Positions 30,136 through 39,400 of a stretch of DNA of 64,000 nucleotides are shown in pieces. The DNA is from Oscillospiraceae bacterium. Lineage in GTDB: Bacteria; Bacillota; Clostridia; Oscillospirales; CAG-272. The translations under genes were made by a program, and so were the position numbers. The stretch covers positions 13,043 through 77,042 of the forward strand of contig SVRZ01000006.1 of assembly GCA_015064555.1 (NCBI GenBank). Direction: 5' to 3'. Within the stretch, counting starts at the first letter, position 1. The number at the start of each line of letters is the position of its first letter. The notes under the pieces are model-generated. The model did not search any database and had not been told where the DNA came from. It worked only from the letters and a program-made list of their open reading frames with translations.

Positions 30136-31203
30136 TTATTTGTAAAATCTGCCGTTTTTCATAACCTTCACAAGATTATTATCGTTATCGACCGCGATGA
30201 GGTCTGCATCGTATCCGACTTCTATTTTACCTTTATTGAGTCCCATCATACGTGCGGGGACCTCGCTTGCCATCCTGAATGCCGAATCGGCGGATATACC
30301 GTGTGCGGCGAGATATCTTACGCAATCCAAGAGGGTAGAGGTTGAGCCTGCCAATCTGCCGTCCTCGCACCTGGCAACGCCCCCCTTGACGAATACAGCC
30401 TCGCCTCCGAGCGTGTACTCTCCGTCCTCCATACCAGTAGCACGCATCGAGTCGCTTATCAGCACTATACGCTCTTCTCCGAGGATACGTATTATCATTC
30501 GGAGCACAGATTCGTGGATATGATTTCCGTCTGCTATTATCTGCGCGTAAATGCCATCCGTGTCAAATGCGGCGGCTATGGGACCGGGCATACGGTGGTG
30601 AATACCCGGCATCGCATTGAACGTGTGAGTCAGGCATCTGACGCCTGCGCGGAAGGCACCTCTTGCGGTGTCGTAATCTGCATCCGAGTGACCGAGGCAG
30701 ATGAGGGCAGGGCATTCCTCGATGAAACGGCGGCTTCCGGGAAGCTCGGGGGCTATAGTCACGAGCTTCACACTGTTAAGCTCGCGTATTTTTGAATAAT
30801 CGGGCTTGAATATATGTTTTTCGCTCTGAGCTCCCTTGTGCTTGGGATTTATGAAGGGGCCCTCCATATGAAATCCCGGGATACTTGCCCCGTTTTCAAA
30901 ATCGGTCTTACGAGTAACCGCACGAGTTATATCGTCGAAGCTCATGGTCATAGTGGTGGGGTACCAGGTAGTCGTTCCGTTGCTGAGCTGAAACTCCGCC
31001 ATCTCCCGAAGATGATCCTCGGCATCCATCGTGTCGTAGCCTATGCATCCGTGACTGTGAACGTCCACAAGACCGGGGTATACCCTCATACCGCAAAGAT
31101 CGGTTCCGTCCTCGTCGGTTTTCCCTATGAAGGCTATTTTTCCTTCTTCTATTCCTATATCGCATATACTGCCGTAGACTGCGGCATTCTTCAAGTATTC
31201 CAT
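30136..31203 (-). CDS. nagA: N-acetylglucosamine-6-phosphate deacetylase
   Basis: PGLVDVHSHG, HMEGPF, GHS, THTFNAM, DG.H and LAGS motifs. Confidence 0.93.
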   Translation of the reverse strand: MEYLKNAAVYGSICDIGIEEGKIAFIGKTDEDGTDLCGMRVYPGLVDVHSHGCIGYDTMDAEDHLREMAEFQLSNGTTTWYPTTMTMSFDDITRAVTRKTDFENGASIPGFHMEGPFINPKHKGAQSEKHIFKPDYSKIRELNSVKLVTIAPELPGSRRFIEECPALICLGHSDADYDTARGAFRAGVRCLTHTFNAMPGIHHRMPGPIAAAFDTDGIYAQIIADGNHIHESVLRMIIRILGEERIVLISDSMRATGMEDGEYTLGGEAVFVKGGVARCEDGRLAGSTSTLLDCVRYLAAHGISADSAFRMASEVPARMMGLNKGKIEVGYDADLIAVDNDNNLVKVMKNGRFYK

Positions 31204-31344
31204 TTTTATTCTCCTGGCGATTGTTTTTTGTTGATGTCAACGATATTTTATCACTTTGATGCGACAATGTCAATAAATCGGGTTGATTTATTTATTCCGA
31301 TGTGATAATATATATTCATAAATGTCAATTGGAGGATCTGCGGA

Positions 31345-32889
31345 ATGCTTTCAAGAGTATTGAGCGCCGGGGTTATCGGTATAAACGGCTTTGAGATAAC
31401 CGTCGAGTGCTGCAGCTGGAACAGGCTGCCTAAATTTGAGCTGGTAGGATTACCGGATGCTGCCGTCAAGGAGGCGAAAAACCGTGTTCAGAGCGCGTGC
31501 GAGAACAGCGGAATAAAATTCCCATCTCTTGATATAATGATAAATCTCGCTCCCGCGGACCTCAAAAAAGAGGGAACTGCACTCGATCTTGCGATAATAT
31601 GCTCAATTTTGCAGAGTGACGGGATCCTTCCATCCACCTGCGATTTTTCGGATAAATACCTTGTTGGAGAGCTCTCGCTTTCAGGCGAGCTCCGCGCTGT
31701 CCGCGGTATCCTTCCCATGACTGTTTGTGCCAGAGATATGGGAAGGCGCGAGATATACGTGCCGAGGGAAAATGCAGGCGAGGCAGCTGTTGTGGACGGT
31801 ATAGCCGTCTATGCTGTGGACGATTTGCGTCAGCTCATAGATCACTTTAAGGGGATATCGAGGCTGACTCCCGAAAATCCCGAATCCTCCTGCTTTGATT
31901 TCACCAAGCGCTCGGTCTGCGGAGATTTCTCCGAGGTGCGCGGACAGTATAAGGCGAAGCGCGCTCTTGAGATAGCGGCGGCGGGCGGACATAACGTTCT
32001 TATGATAGGACCTCCCGGTGCGGGAAAATCAATGCTCGCCAAGAGGCTACCCTCCATACTGCCCGATATGACGCTTTCCGAGGCGATAGAAACGACCAAG
32101 ATCCATTCGGTAACAGGAACGCTTACCAAGCATCTTATAACAGAAAGACCGTTCAGATCTCCGCACCATACGGTAACGGCAGTGGGCTTTACGGGCGGAG
32201 GCTCGAATCCGCGCCCCGGCGAGATATCCCTCGCTCATAACGGAATACTTTTCCTTGACGAGCTGCCCGAGTTTCCAAAATCGGTTACCGAGGCTATGCG
32301 TCAGCCACTGGAGGACGGTAAGGTGACCGTCACCCGTGCCGCGGCAAAGATAACCTATCCGTCAAACTTTATGCTGGTATGCGCGATGAATCCCTGCAAG
32401 TGCGGATACTTCGGCTCGTCGGACAAGGTCTGCACCTGCTCTCCTGCCGCGAGAAAGCAGTATCTCGACCGTATAAGCGGTCCGCTTCTTGACAGAATAG
32501 ATATCGAAATAGAGCTGCCCGCCGTTTCATACGATGAAATATCGGGAAAGACTCAGGAGGGCGAGCCCTCGGAAAAGATACGGGAGCGTGTCAACTTTGC
32601 GCGCAGATTTGCCGCAAAAAGACTTGAAGCCATCGGTGCTGACAGCGGTATTCTGAACGGTAGCCTTACGGGAAGCATCTTCAGAAGGTGCTGTACCCCG
32701 AATAAGGATGGCGAGGATCTTATGCGCCAGGCGTTTGAATCGCTCGGTCTTTCCGCGAGAGGACATGACCGTGTGCTGAGAGTCGCAAGGACTATAGCCG
32801 ATCTCGAGGGCTCGGCTGAGATAAATGCCGATCATATTGCAGAGGCTATAATGTATCGGTCGCTGGACCGCAAATACTGGAGACGTTGA
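31345..32889 (+). CDS. comM: ComM/YifB Mg-chelatase-like AAA+ ATPase
   Basis: VGLPD.AVKE, NLAPAD..K.G, GPPGAGKS, PFRSPHH, FLDELPEF and RVARTIADL motifs. Confidence 0.93.
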   Translation: MLSRVLSAGVIGINGFEITVECCSWNRLPKFELVGLPDAAVKEAKNRVQSACENSGIKFPSLDIMINLAPADLKKEGTALDLAIICSILQSDGILPSTCDFSDKYLVGELSLSGELRAVRGILPMTVCARDMGRREIYVPRENAGEAAVVDGIAVYAVDDLRQLIDHFKGISRLTPENPESSCFDFTKRSVCGDFSEVRGQYKAKRALEIAAAGGHNVLMIGPPGAGKSMLAKRLPSILPDMTLSEAIETTKIHSVTGTLTKHLITERPFRSPHHTVTAVGFTGGGSNPRPGEISLAHNGILFLDELPEFPKSVTEAMRQPLEDGKVTVTRAAAKITYPSNFMLVCAMNPCKCGYFGSSDKVCTCSPAARKQYLDRISGPLLDRIDIEIELPAVSYDEISGKTQEGEPSEKIRERVNFARRFAAKRLEAIGADSGILNGSLTGSIFRRCCTPNKDGEDLMRQAFESLGLSARGHDRVLRVARTIADLEGSAEINADHIAEAIMYRSLDRKYWRR

Positions 32890-32983
32890 CACAGATACGC
32901 ATATCGTCCCCAAAAAGCAGGCATATCCCAAAACCGGTGAATCAATTGATTGAAAACTTTTAAAAACCGATTTATTTCCGGTT

Positions 32984-33035
32984 AAAATGCGAGGATGTAA
33001 CGGACATTTCGGCTCCGATGCATCCTCGTATTTTT
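32984..33035 (+). terminator. Probable terminator after comM
   Basis: AAAATGCGAGGATGTA...TGCATCCTCGTATTTT. Confidence 0.65.
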
Positions 33036-33140
33036 CATTAAAGCGTCTTTTTTCATCATTTACCGTCCCGGGAATGTATTTTTGCTTTGTGCTAAAAGTA
33101 GAAAATTATAGACAAAATACACAAAATTACAAAAAGTATA

Positions 33141-33169
33141 TTGCTTACATATTTTAATAATGTTATAAT
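33141..33169 (+). promoter_or_regulatory. Sigma-A promoter of the large secreted-protein operon
   Basis: TTGCTT-17-TATAAT with TG extension; AAGGAGG RBS before 33212. Confidence 0.7.
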
Positions 33170-33211
33170 AGGCTAGTCAAATTAATTTTGAGAATTTTCT
33201 AAGGAGGATTT

Positions 33212-36200
33212 ATGAAAAACACCAAAAGAATTTTGATTTTCATCGGTGCGGTAGTTTTACTGGCTTCTATGGTATTTGCTACAGTATCCGCAGCTGCTAC
33301 CGACTCGGTAATCGCCGGCGCCGATACTTCCTACGATGAGTACCTTAATATGAAGCTCATCGTATCGCACGGCTTTGAGCAGTTGGCGAACGGCCACATT
33401 TATTACCTTGGTAACATGAAGAAGTCGCTCGGCGTTGCAAATGCCGGCGAATCATTTGATTCAACCAAGGTCGGAGTGGTCACTCCTGTCAATAACTTCT
33501 GGCAGGGTGTCTCAAGCGTTTACAACAGCGCATTTTCCGGTCAGTTCTATATGATGGACTACAACTGGAATAACCCCGAGGGTCACACTAATGATGACGG
33601 AAGCAAAAGACCGGGTGACCTTTACATTCAGCCTTGGTTCGGTGTTCTTGACGACGTTGAGAAAACGCCTCAGAACGGTTTCGTTTCCGAGTTTGATATC
33701 GCCTTCTTCAGCGAGGTCGTATACGTTATGACCGAGAAGCTCGATGACGAGGGTAACGTCGTTATGGTCGACAAGCGCGATGAGAACGGCAGGATCATCT
33801 ACGAGATCGAAGTTGATGAGTACGGTGACGTTATCTATGAGCTTGCAAAGGATGATCAGGGATTCTATATTCAGGTTCCCGAGACCGATTCCAATGGTAA
33901 TATCATCTACGAAAAGGACGAGAACGGCGACGATATCGAGGACGAGAACGGCAACAAGACTCCCGTTTACCTCTATAAGAAGGATGCCGACGGAAATTAC
34001 ATCCGTGACGAGAGGGGAAAGCTTATCCCTGTGTATGAGCCTCTTAAGGATTCTCAGGGAAATCCCATACCCAAGTACGTATGCGAGCTTGATGAAGAGG
34101 GCAATCCTAAGTACGAGATGGACGGCGAAGCGGTAAAGACCTATTCAAATGGCAGCCCCATTCCCGTAAAGGTTTCCGTCAAGGTTCCCGAGATGACCTA
34201 TGCTATGGAGGACCTTCTTGTTCCCCTTACAGATGAAAACGGTAAGATAGTCTTCAATGAAGACGGCAGTATGAAGTATCTGCCCGAATATGAGGAGATC
34301 AAGGATACAGAAGGCAACGTAGTAAAGGTTGAGAAGAAGGATGAGAACGGAAACGTTATCTACGTAAAGCAGCTTGATGCAAACGGCGAGCCTATCAAGG
34401 TAAGAAAGGTGGATCGCGAAAAATCCGGCGAGTTCAAGGGCCTCAATAAGAGCTTTGGTATCGGTATGTATAACACTCATACATACAATGACGGTAAGAT
34501 CGATCTTATGCACTTCTCTACCAATGCGGCAACCAGAACGGTTACTCTGCATGCAGGCGGCAAAGAGGTCCATACCTTCCGTGCGGATGAATGGGAGCAC
34601 ATTTCGGTTTCCTATGATGCCGAGACCATGCTTACCACCGTATACGTAGGCAAGGACGAGAGAAAGCCCGTTTATGAGATAAAGGCTATTGACCAGGCGG
34701 AAAACTATAACATGGCATACGTTAACGTATACCCCCTTCAGTTCCGTATGGGATGCCAGAGTACTACCGGTCGCGTAGGTATCGACAATATGCTTGCATA
34801 TCAGGGTACCACCATCCACGACCCCGAGCATCTTACCAAGATGACCGATGATGAGAAGTTCATCTACAGTAGCATTGACACTCTCGGTAACAATGAGATG
34901 TCTGCTACCAACCGTCTTCAGGCATATAACGAGATAGAGAGAAACATTATCTCCAACTACTATGATATGGCTGCGGGTAAGAACCTCTTCCCCCGTGAGA
35001 ATCCTAACTATGCGGATCTCGTAAAGAGTATCGAAATCTTCCTTGAATACTATAATAACAGCAAGCCCGAGGGTGAAAGCCGCGGTGTGTATGATCTTCT
35101 TATCGATGCGGTTAAGACGGAAAACGTTCTTGCATTCCAGGGACTTGTAAATAACGTCGGATCGGTAGAAAGGACCTTCGCTAACTCCTCTGAGATAATC
35201 ACTAAGATCAATCTTGCCGACAACTTTGTAACCAAGTCGGGAGAGTATATCGATTTCACATCCGCTGTATATCTTCAGGCAAATGCCAGCCTTATGCAGT
35301 ATAAGGATAACTACAACAGAGATATGGCATCTCAGCAGTTCATAACTTATATGAACGTATTCAAGTCGAGCTATGAGGGCGGTGCATCCGCTGCAAGACT
35401 TCAGGCGCACTACGACGTTGCGGCGGCTATCCGCGATTCGATCTCCAATCCCGCCGACCTTAAGGGTTCCGATAAAACGAATCTCAGTAATGCTATCAAC
35501 AGATTTGACGGCGGTATCGGCGTTGTCGGTGCGGCAGAGCTTATCCGTCTTAAGACCTTTGAGCACAACAGCTCTCGCTTCGTTGGTATGATGTCGCTCC
35601 TTTCCTCCACCTCCAACGGTGACTGGGCAAACAGCGATGCATCCGCACGTAAGCTCTGGGAGCTTGCTCTTGATATCATAAACGAGAATATGTATGATCC
35701 CGAGTATGAGGGCTTCAGAGCGGCTAAGTCTGTATTTGATTCGGCAAATGCATACTTCTGGGATGTTCTCCAGAAGGAGCATCTTGACGTTATCAGAGGT
35801 AAGCTTGATGCATTCAACGATCCCTCCGCATCCTACGTGTACAAAGCAGGTATATGCCTCTTCGTTGAAAATTACATCAATGATAATATCAAGACCATTG
35901 ACGTAGAGAATAAAGAAATAGCGGCAGAGATAGCAAAGAATCAGAGCTACAAGGCTCAGCTTGATACTCTCAAGGACGACTATAAGAACCTTTTGCTCCA
36001 GAATGCTACCAAGTTCATCAATACGATGAAGTATGCATCCGAGTTTAACACCTATGCAGATCTTAAGCCCCTTTACGACGAAGCTACAGAGTATTACTAT
36101 GCTATGGACCTCGTAGGAGAGGGAATGGATGATTACGTAGTTAAGTATGAGCAGATCCGCGAATATATAATCGCTACCGAGCGTGCATGCGAGCTCTTCC

Positions 36201-36472
36201 TCGTAGCATCCGGAGCGCTTGAAAACGAGACTGATGACGATAAGATCTACGGACTTCTCGTTCAGTGCTATTCCTGCTATGACGATCTTGATGCGACCTA
36301 TAGCGGAATAAAGGAAGCAAAGACTGTTTACAATGCCGCTTGCGATGAGTATATCTCTACCTCCAATGCGATCAACGCTGAGATAGAGGATACCGTAAAG
36401 CTTGTAGGTGCAGTGCGCGGAAACTGGGATATAGACAGTATCGTTGCATTCTTCGTAAACCTTTTTAACTAA
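33212..36472 (+). CDS. Large secreted hypothetical protein (1086 aa): possible LamG-like domain with D-x-x-G repeat insertion and helical repeats
   Basis: Sec signal peptide; SEFDIAFF...EWEHISVSYD...GIDNMLAY beta-sandwich-like motifs; about 17 DxxG turns; long helical C-terminal half; the CDS is secure, the domain calls are tentative. Confidence 0.75.
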   Translation: MKNTKRILIFIGAVVLLASMVFATVSAAATDSVIAGADTSYDEYLNMKLIVSHGFEQLANGHIYYLGNMKKSLGVANAGESFDSTKVGVVTPVNNFWQGVSSVYNSAFSGQFYMMDYNWNNPEGHTNDDGSKRPGDLYIQPWFGVLDDVEKTPQNGFVSEFDIAFFSEVVYVMTEKLDDEGNVVMVDKRDENGRIIYEIEVDEYGDVIYELAKDDQGFYIQVPETDSNGNIIYEKDENGDDIEDENGNKTPVYLYKKDADGNYIRDERGKLIPVYEPLKDSQGNPIPKYVCELDEEGNPKYEMDGEAVKTYSNGSPIPVKVSVKVPEMTYAMEDLLVPLTDENGKIVFNEDGSMKYLPEYEEIKDTEGNVVKVEKKDENGNVIYVKQLDANGEPIKVRKVDREKSGEFKGLNKSFGIGMYNTHTYNDGKIDLMHFSTNAATRTVTLHAGGKEVHTFRADEWEHISVSYDAETMLTTVYVGKDERKPVYEIKAIDQAENYNMAYVNVYPLQFRMGCQSTTGRVGIDNMLAYQGTTIHDPEHLTKMTDDEKFIYSSIDTLGNNEMSATNRLQAYNEIERNIISNYYDMAAGKNLFPRENPNYADLVKSIEIFLEYYNNSKPEGESRGVYDLLIDAVKTENVLAFQGLVNNVGSVERTFANSSEIITKINLADNFVTKSGEYIDFTSAVYLQANASLMQYKDNYNRDMASQQFITYMNVFKSSYEGGASAARLQAHYDVAAAIRDSISNPADLKGSDKTNLSNAINRFDGGIGVVGAAELIRLKTFEHNSSRFVGMMSLLSSTSNGDWANSDASARKLWELALDIINENMYDPEYEGFRAAKSVFDSANAYFWDVLQKEHLDVIRGKLDAFNDPSASYVYKAGICLFVENYINDNIKTIDVENKEIAAEIAKNQSYKAQLDTLKDDYKNLLLQNATKFINTMKYASEFNTYADLKPLYDEATEYYYAMDLVGEGMDDYVVKYEQIREYIIATERACELFLVASGALENETDDDKIYGLLVQCYSCYDDLDATYSGIKEAKTVYNAACDEYISTSNAINAEIEDTVKLVGAVRGNWDIDSIVAFFVNLFN
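33731..34435 (+). repeat. Intragenic degenerate D-x-x-G beta-turn repeats
   Basis: DDEG, DENG, DEYG, DDQG, DSNG, DENG, DENG, DADG, DERG, DSQG, DEEG, DENG, NEDG, DTEG, DENG, DANG. Confidence 0.85.
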
Positions 36473-36490
36473 AGAATAAGGAGTAAAAGA

Positions 36491-39400
36491 ATGAAAAATA
36501 AATTTTCAAGAATCGTATCTTTGGTGCTGATTCTCGCATTCCTTGTTTCATCTCTCGCGGTATTCGTGTATGCGGATAATGGGACTGCGGCATCCGGTTC
36601 AAAGGCGGCCGACACCGATGATATAGTTCTTCTTGTAAACAGAACTTATCATGAGGGCTGGAATTACGCAAACGGATTCACCACCAAGGCAAACGGAAAT
36701 AACTTCCTTGTTGAGTATGAGGAAACCGATAATTACGATTATAACTACTACCTGAGAGTCTCCGCTTCCGGAGACTCCGCGGGATACATGATAATGGATT
36801 ACGGTGCAGACAAGGCTGTATACGGTCATTCTATCGTTGAGTTCGATATCAAGACCGACGACCTTTCGAAGATCGGAACCATTATGGAGTTCACAAGCCA
36901 GGTTGGAAGCAAGGTTCATACCTACCCCGTTTTAAGCGTGCTTGACGGTAAGCTCGGAACTCTTAACGACAATCTTAACAGCAACGGTGTCGTTCAGTAC
37001 AATATTTCTTCGAACCCCGTTGATATTGAGGATACCTGGCATAAGGTTGCTGCAGTCTTCTACGTTAACCAGAGAGTATGTCCTGCCTGCGGCACCATCC
37101 ATAGCATTACCGGCGCTATGCTTGAGTCCGATATAATCTGCTGTAAGGGCAATGATGCGGATGGCAATCCCTTGGGCGGTGTTGCACTCGGTCAGATGGA
37201 TGCTCTTATGACCGTTCGCGTTTACTTCGGTAATAGCGAGACCTTCGATTATGACAATGCTGTAGATGCAGAGACCGTCGAGGTCCTCGATCCCACCAAG
37301 ACCTACTACAACGAGGTTCGTCTCGATGACAGAACCGAGCTCAACCTTGTAAGAATAGGTCTCCCCGGCGGTACCAACCAGACCGGTCACGGATATCTTC
37401 TTGATAACGTAAAGTTCTACCACGGCTCCGAAAAGCCTGTTGACGTTTCAAAGCTCGGCTACGGTAAGAGAGTTAATGAGGCGGCTGCAAAGACCGAAGA
37501 GATACTCATTCCCGGCGCAGAAAAGACCGTGCTTCAGTACATAAACAGCGGTCTTGTTATGAAGGTTGGCGTTGATAAGTGCCTCAATGCGGGTACCAAG
37601 AGCAACATATTCTCGAATGAGAACGGTGTGGCATACGGCGCACCTGTAAAGATCGACGGTACCGTTTACGTACCCCTTCAGACTGTACTTGATTGGATAG
37701 GCTATCCCATGTTTGAGCATGAAGATGGCAGGTCCTACGATATCTCCACCGAAAACGGATCTACCTTTATTACTATAGGAAGAACTACCGCGACAGCGGA
37801 CGGAGTGGTTATCGAGCTTTCCGCAGCCCCCGGCATTGCAACCGATAAGGTTACCGGAGAGGAATATGTAGTTGTTGCAATAGACGATATATCCAAGCTC
37901 TTCAACGGTTATTTCGTAACCTACGACGATATGGGACTTATCGTAGTTTCTACCGGTGAGAATCTTCTCGACAGAGAGACCGATCTTGATGTTATGCTTG
38001 ACATAATGAGAGATCTCGTCTTCGATTACAAGACCGGTGAAGACTTCTATGAAACTGTAAAGGCAAATACCAATAATTTCACTCACCCCTATCTTGTGGC
38101 AGATCAGACTCAGTTTGATCTTCTTAACGAGGCTTATATGTCCGAGACTGCTGATGCTAATCTCAAGGGCTATATTGCTTCGATGCTCGAGGATGCTGAA
38201 GAGGTATACGCTCAGTATGTAGCTGAGGACGTTACCACCGGTAAGTATCTCAAGGGCGCTATCGTCAATCCTCACGTTCTTACCAAGGAGCAGGAGGATG
38301 CAGGCGTTAAGGGTAACAACGGTTATTCGACAAAGACCGGACGTCTTGACGAGGCTGTTGAGCACAATGAAAACATAAGAACGCTCGCGCTTGCATATCA
38401 GATCACTCGCGAGGATAGATACGCAAGACTTGCATATGAAATGGCTCTTTCGATGGGTGAATGGACTCACTGGGGTCCCGCACACTTCGTAAACTGTGCC
38501 GATGCTACTTCCGCATACGCGCTCGCGTATGACTGGCTCTACAACATCTGGAAGGATCTCGGCTATAACGTAGAGTTGATCGAAGCAGAACTCTTCAGCA
38601 ACGGTGTACATATGGGATATCTTGCATCGGGTAACGGTGCATTCGAGACCAAGTACTCCCGTAACCAGGGCGATGATTTCGATTATGCATCCAAGACCAA
38701 TAGCTGGAACGTTGCGGGTACCTCCGGTATGGCAATAGCTTCTCTTGCTCTTCTCGGCTCGGAGTACATCTTCAATATCAACAATCCCTCCGATGATGAA
38801 GAAAATTCAATCACCGTTTATACTCAGTACGTAACCGAGGCAAAGTGGCTTCTTGAGAACAATCTCAAGTCGCTCACTAAGATCGGACTTGATATGTACG
38901 CACCTGACGGCTCTTACTTCGATTCTCCCAGCGCCTGGAGCTATGCTACCGAAAAGCTTGTTCTTCTTTCCTGGGCACTCAGCACGTCGGTAGGTAACGA
39001 TCTCGGTATAATAAATACCTGGGGCATCGACAAGACCTTCTACTTCGCACTTCAGACCGAATATGCTTCCGCAATATTCGAAAAGGTTCCCTCCGGTCCC
39101 TACAACGAGATCAACCATCTCGTAGGCTATGAGTACAAGTATTGGATGTTCAACGACAGTATCGGTGACGTTCTTGATACAAGCATGCTCTTCTATGCCG
39201 CATCGGCACTTGAGGATTACGACCTTGCCGCTATCCGTATCAAGCAGGCGGCTACCAAGAAGATCAGCCTTTGGGACGTTCTCGGCTACAACGTTGAATA
39301 TGCAGATCTCGATCCCGATTCGGTTGAGCTTGCTCTTGATTATGAATTTGAAAACTGCGATGGTGTTATAAGCCGTTCCGATTGGTCCGGCGACGGTATC

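Noticed and set aside
34145-35782. 545-aa antisense ORF, and similar ones at 37448-38611, 14194-15273, 19172-20134 and 40959-41948
   Set aside because: They mirror real genes on the opposite strand, as expected from strong codon bias, and show no motifs or RBS
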